From assembly GCA_965223945.1 (NCBI GenBank), contig CBDCXW010000001.1, positions 320,207 through 384,206 on the forward strand: a DNA stretch of 64,000 bases. Direction: 5' to 3'. Below, piece after piece: positions 56,468-64,000 of the stretch. Made by a program: the position numbers and the translations under genes. The DNA comes from Dehalococcoidia bacterium (lineage in GTDB: Bacteria; Chloroflexota; Dehalococcoidia; Lucifugimonadales; CATQGZ01). Position 1 is the first letter of the stretch. Every line of letters starts with the position of its first letter. The notes under the pieces are model-generated. The model ran no database searches and was not told the DNA's origin. It worked only from the letters and a program-made list of their open reading frames with translations.

Positions 56468-57523
56468 CTACGCACCCAGCCGGGCGTGGGCCCTCCTGAC
56501 AAGCTCCACGGTTTCAGGCCAGCCGATGCAGGCATCCGTGATCGACACTCCGTAGTCCAGCTCTGCCGGGTCTCCCAGCGACTGGCTACCCTCGTTGATG
56601 TTGCCCTCAAGCATGAGGCCGACTACGCCGGGGTTGGACACGCGCTGCTCCATGACGTCATTGAAGACGACGGGCTGCATCCTGTGGTCCTTGTTCGAAT
56701 TGGCGTGTGAGCAGTCCACGATCAGGTTCGGGGCGAGACCGCGCTCCTCCAACAGCCTCTGCGCAGCGGCCACAGACTCAGCGTCGTAGTTGGGGCCTCT
56801 CTTCCCGCCCCGGAGGATCAGGTGAGCCCCCGGATTGCCCGTGGTCTTGACGACGGACGCGACGCCATCGTCATCGATGCCGAGAAAAACGTGCTCAGAC
56901 ATTGCGGCCACGATGCCGTCGAGCGCGATGTCCACGCTCCCGCCCGTGCCGTTCTTGAAGCCGATTGGCATGCTGAGGCCGCTCGCCATGAGCCTGTGTG
57001 GCTGACTCTCCGTGGTCCTCGCGCCAATCGCGCCCCACGAGATCATGTCCCCCAGATATTGGGGCGTGAACGCTTCTAGGAACTCCGTCGCGGCCGGCAG
57101 ACCCCGGGAGCAGACATCTATCAGAAACTGGCGAGCCCGCGCCATGCCTCCCTGCACATCGTAGGTCCCGTTCAGATTGGGGTCATTGATGAGCCCCTTC
57201 CACCCGACGGTCGTGCGCGGCTTCTCGAAGTAGACCCTCATGACGATCAGGATCCGGTCCTCGACATCTCTGGCGAGGGACGCCAAGCGCTCGGCGTAGT
57301 CAAGGCCCACCTCTGTGTCGTGAATAGAGCACGGGCCGACGATCATCAGCATCCGGCTGTCATGGCCGCTCAGTATCTCTTCGATCTGGCGGCGATGCCC
57401 GGCGACCTGGTCACTTAGAGCGTCCGGCAGAGCGTAGCGCTTCCAGTACTCGGACGGTGGGTCGAGTCGGGTTATGCTCTCGACTCTGACATTGTGTATC
57501 GCTGACTTCTCGATCTGGACCAT
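56468..57523 (-). CDS. 3-deoxy-7-phosphoheptulonate (DAHP) synthase, class I
   Basis: Contains IVGPCSIHD, EKPRTTVGWKGLINDP, GARTTESQ and DCSHANS. The start ATG 57523 (MVQIEK) has GAGAGGAG upstream. The track's TTG at 57541 would lie inside the terminator U-tract. Confidence 0.9.
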   Translation of the reverse strand: MVQIEKSAIHNVRVESITRLDPPSEYWKRYALPDALSDQVAGHRRQIEEILSGHDSRMLMIVGPCSIHDTEVGLDYAERLASLARDVEDRILIVMRVYFEKPRTTVGWKGLINDPNLNGTYDVQGGMARARQFLIDVCSRGLPAATEFLEAFTPQYLGDMISWGAIGARTTESQPHRLMASGLSMPIGFKNGTGGSVDIALDGIVAAMSEHVFLGIDDDGVASVVKTTGNPGAHLILRGGKRGPNYDAESVAAAQRLLEERGLAPNLIVDCSHANSNKDHRMQPVVFNDVMEQRVSNPGVVGLMLEGNINEGSQSLGDPAELDYGVSITDACIGWPETVELVRRAHARLGA

Positions 57524-57539
57524 CTCTTCTCCTCTCAAC

Positions 57540-57570
57540 AAAAAAACCCCAACCGCTGCCGGTCGGGGTC
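57540..57570 (-). terminator. Rho-independent terminator 16 nt upstream of the DAHP synthase start codon
   Basis: Minus-strand RNA is GACCCCGACCG-GCAG-CGGUUGGGG-UUUUUUU: a 9-bp stem including one G-U pair, a 4-nt loop and a 7-U tract. Confidence 0.8.
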
Positions 57571-57870
57571 TCGATCGTTCCGTTTTCTTTAGCTGTTACA
57601 TTTGAACGCGGAGCGTCAAGACCTCGCCGGCGCGCAACTGCGCGCCACTGACGTAGAAATAGTACCCACTGAAGGTATCCCCGTTGCTCATCGTCAATAG
57701 AGCGTACCCATATGGGCGCCTCAATGTCAACTTCAACGGGGTATCCCATTCTACTACTATGCCACTGGTCAGAGCCTTGCAGCAGTTCTTCGCGCTACCC
57801 GCAGATGTCAGAGGGGTCAGCGTGTGTTGGTATAATGCGGCTACAGTCCAGGGGTGAGGTCGACTCAGCA
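57571..57870 (-). promoter_or_regulatory. Candidate leader/attenuator region of the DAHP synthase gene
   Basis: AT-richer non-GC3-biased sequence. An ORF ends at 57596 and contains the codon run TAC TAT TTC TAC (57664-57653). It is followed by hairpin GGCGCGC-AGTT-GCGCGCC (57646-57629), then a segment CGGCGAGGTC (57629-57620) complementary to the 5' arm of the terminator. Confidence 0.45.
57828..57836 (+). promoter_or_regulatory. Extended -10 promoter element TGGTATAAT for the ABM gene
   Basis: Perfect TATAAT at 57831-57836 preceded by TGn, 33 nt upstream of the ATG at 57870. Confidence 0.5.
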
Positions 57871-58211
57871 TGATTTCGATTTTCGTGAGCATCAGGGTCA
57901 AGCCAGGGATGCGAGACCAGTTCGTGGAGGCGTCGAAGGGTGACGCCGTGGGCTCGGTCCGGGACGAACCCGGGTGCTTCCGGTTCGACGTGTTGACGGA
58001 CGATTCGGACCCAGACCTGGTCCATCTGTACGAAGTCTACGAGGACCAGGCTGGCTTCGACGTACATCGGACAATGCCTCACTTCACCGAGTGGGCAGAC
58101 AAGGTGGCCGACTGGCGTACCGGGGACGTGACGGTCGTGAGTATGACCACCGCGTTCCCGTCGGATGCCGGCTGGAGGCACCAGAAGCCTCACCTGGTTG
58201 ACGCCGGCTAA
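57870..58211 (+). CDS. Antibiotic-biosynthesis-monooxygenase (ABM) domain protein
   Basis: 113 aa with a ferredoxin-like pattern: ISIFVSIRVKPGMRDQFVEA...EPGCFRFDVLTD...LVHLYEVYEDQAGFDVHRTMPHF. Confidence 0.75.
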   Translation: MISIFVSIRVKPGMRDQFVEASKGDAVGSVRDEPGCFRFDVLTDDSDPDLVHLYEVYEDQAGFDVHRTMPHFTEWADKVADWRTGDVTVVSMTTAFPSDAGWRHQKPHLVDAG

Positions 58212-58386
58212 CGTCCTTTCCGATCAGCCACAGCTGGTCAGCCCCACGTCGACTCTGGCAGCGGGGCCGTGGGCTTGACCCCGAACTCCGCCGGAAGGAC
58301 GTCCGCCGTAAGTTGGCGGCAACTCCTCAATTGTCCGGTCATGCCGCCTGTGCTATTCTAGGCCATTCCCCAGCGAGGTCACCGCC

Positions 58387-60249
58387 GTGTTTGTAGTCGG
58401 CACCGCCGGCCATGTCGATCACGGTAAGTCCACACTCGTACAGGCGTTGACGGGCATAGACCCAGACCGCCTCAAGGCCGAGAAAGAGCGGGGGATGACC
58501 ATCGACCTCGGCTTCGCCTGGCTACAGCTGCCGAGCGGCAACGAGGTCAGCATCGTCGACGTTCCCGGTCACGAGCGGTTCGTAAACAACATGCTGGCCG
58601 GGGTCGGCGGCATCGACCTTGCGCTCCTGGTTGTGGCGGCAGACGAGGCTGTCATGCCCCAGACCCGGGAGCATCTGGCCATACTGGACCTTCTCCACGT
58701 GAACTGTGGAATCGTCGCGGTGACCAAGAGGGACCTCGTCGATGAAGACTGGCTGGAGCTCGTCATGGCGGACGTCGAGGAGCTGATGGAGGGGACGGCC
58801 CTCGAAGGCTCTCCCGTGATTGCGGTATCGGCCGTGACCCAGGAAGGGATCGACGATCTGGTCTCTACCATCGACTCTCTGCTTCAGCAGACGGAGCCCA
58901 AGCGCGACCTCGGCCGCCCGCGCTTGCCGATTGACCGCTCGTTCGCGATGTCCGGGTTCGGAACGGTTGTCACAGGCACGCTGATCGACGGCGCCCTTGA
59001 CGTCGGACAGGAGGCCGATCTCGTCCTGTCAGGTCGGAAGACCCGAGTCAGGGGCCTGCAGGCGCATCGAAAGAGGCTCGATCACGCCGAGCCCGGCCGC
59101 AGGGTGGCTGCGAACCTGGCAGGCGTGCCGCACGACGGCATTACAAGGGGCGAGGTGTTGACTACGCCCGGCTGGCTCTCGCCGACTATGGCTGTCGATG
59201 TACGCCTGCGAGTGCTCGACCAGGCTCCAGGGCACCTCAAACACAACATGCACGTCACGCTTCACACCGGGAGCAGCGAGGTCGTCGGCAGGCTCAGGCT
59301 CCTGGAGGGCGACCGGATAGAGCCCGGAGCGGCCACTTGGGCCCAGATCAAGCTCGGCTCACCTGTGGCGGCGGCCAGAGGCGACTACTTCGTAATCAGG
59401 TCCAACCAGACGACACTCGGCGGCGGCAGCATCGTCGAGACCCATGCGAAGCGCCACCGCCGCAGCTACGCACCCACCCTCAAGCGGCTGTCTATCATGG
59501 ATGAGGGTTCAGACAGGGAGGTGTTGCTAGCCACGATCGCCTCGTCCGAACCCGCCGAGTTCACGTCGGTCGTCAACCGTGCCAACCTCCAACCAGCGGC
59601 GGCCAGAACAGCGCTCAAGGCGATGGCCGGGGAGAGGCTGGTCGTGGTCGTGGGCGTGCGGCCGCCGGGGCCTGGTGTGCGGATGTACACTGGCGCGGGC
59701 TGGGCCGCCGCAGCCGCCCGGGCACGCGAGTTCCTGGACGATTATCACCGGCAATTCCCCCTAAGGACAGGGGCGCCCAAGGAGGAGCTCCGGAGCAGAA
59801 TGGGAATGACCCCTCATATCTTCAACGATGTGATGCCACGGCTAAGGGACGAGGGAGTGCTGGCCGAGGAGGGCACGCTCGTGCGCGCCGCGGATCACCA
59901 GCCCGGCCTTACCGAGGAAGACCAGAAGATCACCCAGGCATACATAGAACTGTTGGAGGCATCTCCCTATTCCCCTCCTTCGGACTCCGGTATCGATGCG
60001 GAGCTGCTGAACCTGCTGGCGGACCAGGGAAGGGTCGTGAAAGCAAGTGACAGCATCGTGTTCGCCGCCTCCGCATACAACGAAATGGCTGATAGAATAT
60101 CCGCGCACATCAAGGAGCGAGGCGAGATCACGGTCGCGGACGTCAGGGACATGTTCGGTACGAGCCGAAAGTACGCCCTCGCGATCATGGACTACCTCGA
60201 CCATCAGCGCATAACCCGCCGCGTGGGAGACGCCAGAGTCCTGCGTTAG
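58387..60249 (+). CDS. selB: Selenocysteine-specific translation elongation factor
   Basis: 620 aa. Motifs [13 protein letters not shown] (G1), DVPGHERF (G3) and TKRD (G4), with a long C-terminal winged-helix region ([39 protein letters not shown]). Confidence 0.9.
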   Translation: MFVVGTAGHVDHGKSTLVQALTGIDPDRLKAEKERGMTIDLGFAWLQLPSGNEVSIVDVPGHERFVNNMLAGVGGIDLALLVVAADEAVMPQTREHLAILDLLHVNCGIVAVTKRDLVDEDWLELVMADVEELMEGTALEGSPVIAVSAVTQEGIDDLVSTIDSLLQQTEPKRDLGRPRLPIDRSFAMSGFGTVVTGTLIDGALDVGQEADLVLSGRKTRVRGLQAHRKRLDHAEPGRRVAANLAGVPHDGITRGEVLTTPGWLSPTMAVDVRLRVLDQAPGHLKHNMHVTLHTGSSEVVGRLRLLEGDRIEPGAATWAQIKLGSPVAAARGDYFVIRSNQTTLGGGSIVETHAKRHRRSYAPTLKRLSIMDEGSDREVLLATIASSEPAEFTSVVNRANLQPAAARTALKAMAGERLVVVVGVRPPGPGVRMYTGAGWAAAAARAREFLDDYHRQFPLRTGAPKEELRSRMGMTPHIFNDVMPRLRDEGVLAEEGTLVRAADHQPGLTEEDQKITQAYIELLEASPYSPPSDSGIDAELLNLLADQGRVVKASDSIVFAASAYNEMADRISAHIKERGEITVADVRDMFGTSRKYALAIMDYLDHQRITRRVGDARVLR

Positions 60250-60269
60250 GGTCTTGCCTGGAGCCCTGC

Positions 60270-60773
60270 ATGGTAAGCGACGGCGGGCCCGTCGAGGACG
60301 GGCATATATTGGAGATCGCGCTGGACGCGGGATACCTGTCCGTGTCCAACTTCTCATCCCTGTTGCGCGTCCTTCAGGCCGCCCTACGCGCCGCTGCCCA
60401 AGGCGTCGATCCAGCTTCGGACCCGTTCTCCGTGCCCCCCTACCCGGTGCTGCGAATGTTTGCCACAAGAGAAGACGACGGTCTAGTGCTGCGGCTCGCC
60501 TTCTTCGACCCGTTGGACTCCAGCACGCTGGACGACCTCTGTGAGAGGACTTTCGTTTTCTTCCTCGACAGGCTTTCGGAGTTGATAAAGAGACTCCCGC
60601 AGCGAGGTCTCTGGGGAGAGTCGGTCGCGAGTGCACAGGTCAGAATAGGTGATTCGGAGGTGACGAAGCGACTCGACCAGGTCCGCATCGAGCTGAGGCG
60701 CCTCGGCCGGGCGCGCGTGAGATTCGCGGGGCGGACGGTCACCTTCGACGGGGACAGGGTGGAGCTAGGCTAG
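60270..60773 (+). CDS. Hypothetical protein, first gene of the NurA/HerA-type operon
   Basis: 167 aa with no motif I recognise. It starts 20 nt after the selB stop, and its stop lies 1 nt before the next start. Confidence 0.55.
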   Translation: MVSDGGPVEDGHILEIALDAGYLSVSNFSSLLRVLQAALRAAAQGVDPASDPFSVPPYPVLRMFATREDDGLVLRLAFFDPLDSSTLDDLCERTFVFFLDRLSELIKRLPQRGLWGESVASAQVRIGDSEVTKRLDQVRIELRRLGRARVRFAGRTVTFDGDRVELG

Positions 60774-60774
60774 C

Positions 60775-61989
60775 GTGCCCCTAGACCTTGGCAACACGGC
60801 CATGCAGATAGACCGGATGGCCGCCGGTCTCAAGACCCGGGTGGATGAGAAGCGCCGCCGCCTGGAAAGGGCGCTCGAAACGGCCCGCGCCTTCGACTCG
60901 GACTCGTACGAGGACACGCGCCTCCACGACCGGAAGACAATGGCTTGGAGCCTCCCATCCGCGCGGGGCAGTCCCGGGGAGGCATATCCGGCCCCGCCTC
61001 CACCCGAAGATTACCGCGTGATAGCGACGGACGGCTCCGACATCGGCACGGACAGAAACATCCCGGCCCGGTGCTATGTAATTAACATCGGGGTCTCGTC
61101 CCTGACGTACGGCTCCGGCTCCCATGCGGAGCTAAGCAGCCGCGCCCGTCTGTACGCCCGCGATGAAGAGCTCTTTATCCGGGACGGAGACGCTCCCTTT
61201 CGACAGGTCGGCATCGAGGGCACCGTGCTGGCCGCAAAGCGCATGGCAGAGGAGGCCATGACGCTTGCAGAGACCGTTGCCTTGTCCCCCACGAGCCTGC
61301 CAACTCTCGCCATCATGGACGGCTCACTGATCATGCTCGGCGTGGCCAGTCACGGTTACGACGACTACGTGCGGCGGGAGCTGGTCGACAACGGCATAGT
61401 AAGGGCGCTTAACAGGCTCAGGAGGCTGTCGGACACCAGGCCATTGATGGTGGCTAGTTACGTGAGCATGCCCGGCGGTACGGACGTGGCCAACGCCCTG
61501 CGGCTGGCGGCGTGTCCATACGATACCGCCGATTGCGAACGGCACTGCGGTGGGACTGCACCCGGCGATCGGCCCTGCGACGCCGCAGCGATGGGGATAG
61601 TAGACCGGGATCTGTTCTGGGAAGTCCTGGAGCCGGGACAGCGGTCCGCCGTGTTCGGCAGCTCGTCGGCCCTGGTTGCCAACCACTACGCCGAACACGA
61701 GGTCCACTTCTTCTACGTCCACGCCGGAGTCGAGATCGGCCGCGTGGAGATACCTGTGTGGGTAGCGGACGACGAACGGCTTCTCGACCTGACCCACTCT
61801 CTTGTGCTCGATCAGTGCTCCCGCGGTCCTGGTTACCCTGTGGCCCTGATGGAGGCCCACGAGCAGGCGGTTATCACAGCCTCCGACCGGCGCCTGTTCG
61901 CCGAACAGCTAATGTCGGCCCTTGAAGAGCAGTCGCTGCCGGCCTACACATCGGAAAAGAGCCGTTCGAAGCGGCTGAGGTGGATCTGA
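60775..61989 (+). CDS. NurA-like nuclease
   Basis: 404 aa with YRVIATDGSDIG, LAIMDGSLIMLG and GPGYPVALMEAHEQAVIT, matching the NurA pattern (DGS acidic motifs and the C-terminal YP..L..AH..A). GTG start at 60775; ATG 60802 is an alternative. Confidence 0.7.
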   Translation: MPLDLGNTAMQIDRMAAGLKTRVDEKRRRLERALETARAFDSDSYEDTRLHDRKTMAWSLPSARGSPGEAYPAPPPPEDYRVIATDGSDIGTDRNIPARCYVINIGVSSLTYGSGSHAELSSRARLYARDEELFIRDGDAPFRQVGIEGTVLAAKRMAEEAMTLAETVALSPTSLPTLAIMDGSLIMLGVASHGYDDYVRRELVDNGIVRALNRLRRLSDTRPLMVASYVSMPGGTDVANALRLAACPYDTADCERHCGGTAPGDRPCDAAAMGIVDRDLFWEVLEPGQRSAVFGSSSALVANHYAEHEVHFFYVHAGVEIGRVEIPVWVADDERLLDLTHSLVLDQCSRGPGYPVALMEAHEQAVITASDRRLFAEQLMSALEEQSLPAYTSEKSRSKRLRWI

Positions 61990-62020
61990 TGCCTACACCG
62001 CAACCGACAGAGAGCCAGGG

Positions 62021-62614
62021 ATGAGCCCGGGCATGGGCAGCCGTCTCGGCGAGGTGGTGGAGGCATCGACAGACGGCTTCTCCGTCGAGTGCTACGGACT
62101 GTACGATGCGCCGCCGCTGGGCGCGCTCGTGCGCTGCAGCGAGGGCAGCCCTATCTACGGCGTCGTCGGCCAGGTGGCGACGACCAGCCTCGACCCCTCC
62201 CGCCGCCCAATCGCCCGCGGCCGACGCGAGGATACGGAGGAAGCCGTATACCGGAGCAACCCGCAGCTTGAGCGCCTGCTGCGCACCGAGTTTCGAGCGC
62301 TGGTCGTCGGTCATGCCCTGGGCGGCAGGACAATGCGGTTCCTGGCGCCCGCACCGCCCAGGATACACGCCTTCGTCTACCCCTGCGCCAGTGACGAGGT
62401 GCGAGCATTCACCTCCTCTCTTGAGTTCCTGCCGCTCCTTCTGTCCGCCCCGATAGGCTCACCCGATGACATCGTCGCTTCGTTCGTCAGGCAGGCGAGC
62501 GCACACCACCCGGAGCCCAGGGAGTTCCTGGTGGAAGCTGGGCAGGAGATCGCAACCCTCCTGGGACGTGACACGCAGCGCCTGAACGGACTGCTGAAGA
62601 GGCTCTCTCCATGA
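62021..62614 (+). CDS. Hypothetical protein with a possible stand-alone HAS-barrel-like N-terminus
   Basis: 197 aa. The N-terminus LGEVVEASTDGFSVECYGLYDAPPLGALVRCSEGSPIYGVVGQV resembles the N-terminal barrel of HerA-type ATPases. The stop overlaps the next start (ATGA at 62611-62614). Confidence 0.5.
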   Translation: MSPGMGSRLGEVVEASTDGFSVECYGLYDAPPLGALVRCSEGSPIYGVVGQVATTSLDPSRRPIARGRREDTEEAVYRSNPQLERLLRTEFRALVVGHALGGRTMRFLAPAPPRIHAFVYPCASDEVRAFTSSLEFLPLLLSAPIGSPDDIVASFVRQASAHHPEPREFLVEAGQEIATLLGRDTQRLNGLLKRLSP

Positions 62615-64000
62615 AAGACTCCCTGGCTGGGGACCGGCTCGGAATGGTGGTCAAGGGCTCACTGACGGACGGGTTGAAGGTCCGGCTGGACCGCAATGTC
62701 GAAATAGAGGACATCAAGGTCGGGAGGTACGTCACCATACAGGGCAAGCTGATGCGGTTCTTTGCCGTGGTCAGCGACGTATCGCTGGAGACTTCGGACC
62801 CATCCATGGGTTCCAGCCCACCCGACGTGTCCGACCCGTTCATCGCGGAGGTAGTCCAGGGAACGACCGCGTTTGGAGCCATGGACGTGGAGCCGATGCT
62901 GGCGCTGGGCAGCGATCCGCTAACAATGGGCGATGGGCCGCAGCCGGCCAAGACCGTCCCGCCCCACTTCTCGCCCGTCCAGCTCGCCTCGGAGGGCGAC
63001 GTGCAGCTGGTGTTCGGCGAGGAGGACGACCGCCACTTCTGGATAGGCAGCCCCCTCGACATGGAGACGAGGCTCTGTCTGGACATGCCGGAGCTCGTGA
63101 TGCGCAGCAACGGCGTCTTTGGGAAGAGCGGCACCGGCAAGACCTTCCTCACGAGGCTTCTGCTCGCCGGAATCCTCCAGAACGGAGCCGCATCCAACCT
63201 GGTCTTCGACATGCAGAGCGAGTATGGCTGGAAGGGGTACAGCGAGGACTCGCGCGAGGTGAAGGGCCTCAAGCAGCTCTTCCCGTCCAAGGTCTCGGTC
63301 TTCTCGCTGGACGAGGAGAGCTCCCGGCGGCGGGGGCTCACGCCGGACTACGTGGTGCGAATAGGCTTCGACGAGATCGAGCCGGAGGACATCCAGATGC
63401 TGAGGGAGAGCCTGAACCTCTCCGAGGTCGCTGCCGACGCGTCCTATTCGCTTCAGCGCCACTTCGGAAAGGAGTGGCTCTCCCGCTTCCTGGGACACCC
63501 CGCGGGAGACGAGTTCGGAGAGCTGGCGAAGGCGCTCAACGTGAACGAAGGTGCTCTCGGCACGCTCAAGAGGAGGCTGTCCAGGCTTGAGCGCTTCGGA
63601 TTCATGGACCGCGGAGCCGGAGGCCACGACTCAGTCGGTCAGGTGCTACAGCGCCTGGACAGGGGGATGCACGTGGTGCTGGAGTTTGGACGCTACGGCA
63701 GCGACATTGCTGCATACGTCCTCGTCGCCAACCTGCTGACCCGACGCATCTACGAGCGGTACCAGAGAGCGACCGAGATGGCGATGGGGGACGAGGGCAG
63801 GGAGCCCAGGCCCCTGGTGATAACTATCGAAGAGGCCCACAAGTTCCTGAACCCCGGCGTCGCCGGACAGACCAGCTTCGGGACCATTGCCAGAGAGATG
63901 CGCAAGTACAACGTCACCCTGCTAGTCGTCGACCAGCGGCCCAGCGGAATCGACGAGGAGGTGATGAGCCAACTCGGAACCAAGATTGCCTGCCTGCTGG
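62611..64000 (+). CDS. HerA/FtsK-class (DUF87-type) hexameric ATPase, 3'-truncated by the window end
   Basis: I translated 62611-64000 by hand and found 463 codons without a stop. It has an N-terminal barrel (LGMVVKGSLTDGLKVRLD...VGRYVTIQG), Walker A FGKSGTGKTFL (63118-63150), Walker B PLVITIEEAHKF and REMRKYNVTLLVVDQRPSGIDEEV. It is not in the supplied track because no stop is reached. Confidence 0.8.
   Translation, partial: MKDSLAGDRLGMVVKGSLTDGLKVRLDRNVEIEDIKVGRYVTIQGKLMRFFAVVSDVSLETSDPSMGSSPPDVSDPFIAEVVQGTTAFGAMDVEPMLALGSDPLTMGDGPQPAKTVPPHFSPVQLASEGDVQLVFGEEDDRHFWIGSPLDMETRLCLDMPELVMRSNGVFGKSGTGKTFLTRLLLAGILQNGAASNLVFDMQSEYGWKGYSEDSREVKGLKQLFPSKVSVFSLDEESSRRRGLTPDYVVRIGFDEIEPEDIQMLRESLNLSEVAADASYSLQRHFGKEWLSRFLGHPAGDEFGELAKALNVNEGALGTLKRRLSRLERFGFMDRGAGGHDSVGQVLQRLDRGMHVVLEFGRYGSDIAAYVLVANLLTRRIYERYQRATEMAMGDEGREPRPLVITIEEAHKFLNPGVAGQTSFGTIAREMRKYNVTLLVVDQRPSGIDEEVMSQLGTKIACLL

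Noticed and set aside
57571-57870. A T-box riboswitch upstream of the DAHP synthase gene.
   Set aside because: I could not find the T-box core (AAnnnGGGUGGnACCnCG) next to the terminator. The nearest look-alike (AATGGGATACCCCG near 57745) lacks the UGG and is about 180 nt from the terminator. The leader-peptide attenuation model fits better, though it is unproven.
57596-57901. The 101-aa minus-strand ORF as an ordinary protein gene.
   Set aside because: It lacks the strong GC3 bias of genes in this window. It overlaps the promoter and start of the divergent ABM gene. It has no recognisable domain or Shine-Dalgarno. It is retained only as a possible carrier of a short leader peptide.
58212-58386. 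A tRNA-Sec (selC) in the gap upstream of selB.
   Set aside because: Neither strand shows a T-loop (GGTTCGAnTCC-like) sequence, an acceptor/anticodon stem arrangement or a UCA anticodon loop context.
62487-63840. Minus-strand ORFs 62487..63341 (284 aa), 62920..63627 (235 aa) and 63646..63840, the only ORFs the track lists in this interval.
   Set aside because: The plus strand from 62611 is open to the window end and encodes Walker A/B and HerA-type motifs. The minus-strand ORFs are Ser/Pro/Arg-rich shadows.

Overview
High-GC bacterial chromosomal window. My hand counts give about 70% GC in a typical coding stretch (41001-41100) and 53-56% in a few AT-richer pockets. I see about 60 protein genes and no rRNA, tRNA, CRISPR, integrase or transposase. 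The gene content (CRTAC1/ASPIC-UnbV FG-GAP proteins, NHL-repeat proteins, amidohydrolase-2 paralogues, family-5 SBP importers, interspersed ATTCCGGC..GCCGGAAT hairpins) is reminiscent of marine Chloroflexota-like genomes, but taxonomy cannot be established from this window.

Layout:
(i) 216-16912 is one ~17-kb all-minus-strand block. It holds two family-5 SBP + two-permease ABC importers without ATPase genes, a CRTAC1-like lipoprotein, two tandem amidohydrolase-2 paralogues, a SelA-like PLP enzyme and two translationally coupled cytoplasmic NHL proteins.
(ii) 17.1-24.2 kb holds a frameshifted conserved gene, a second CRTAC1-like protein, the membrane and biotin-carrier subunits of a Na+-translocating decarboxylase, and a third NHL protein.
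(iii) 24.3-27.7 kb is a somewhat AT-richer segment (kinase-fold phosphotransferase, methyltransferase, RsgA). It is bracketed by the intact 3' end of comM/yifB and a decayed duplicate of that 3' end.
(iv) 29.4-35.2 kb is a TPP/oxidoreductase cluster that includes a gene disrupted by a 23-bp tandem duplication.
(v) Housekeeping genes are mgtE, ligA, recF, nfo, secDF, a CCA-type nucleotidyltransferase, def, DAHP synthase and selB.

Best candidates for uncharacterised systems:
(a) A translationally coupled four-gene NurA/HerA-type operon at 60270 to >64000. Its ATPase gene is absent from the supplied ORF track because it runs off the window.
(b) An AT-richer RHH + zinc-ribbon/HNH-like/glycine-zipper gene pair at 47432-49163, with a palindrome-bearing promoter.
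(c) An AT-richer overlapping two-gene cassette at 35356-36248 (prealbumin-like protein + PaREP1-like helical protein).
(d) A probable leader/attenuator with a Tyr/Phe codon run and an intrinsic terminator 16 nt upstream of the DAHP synthase start.

Three gene disruptions (two frameshifts, one duplication) may be true decay or assembly error. All functional calls come from motif recognition by eye; no searches were run.
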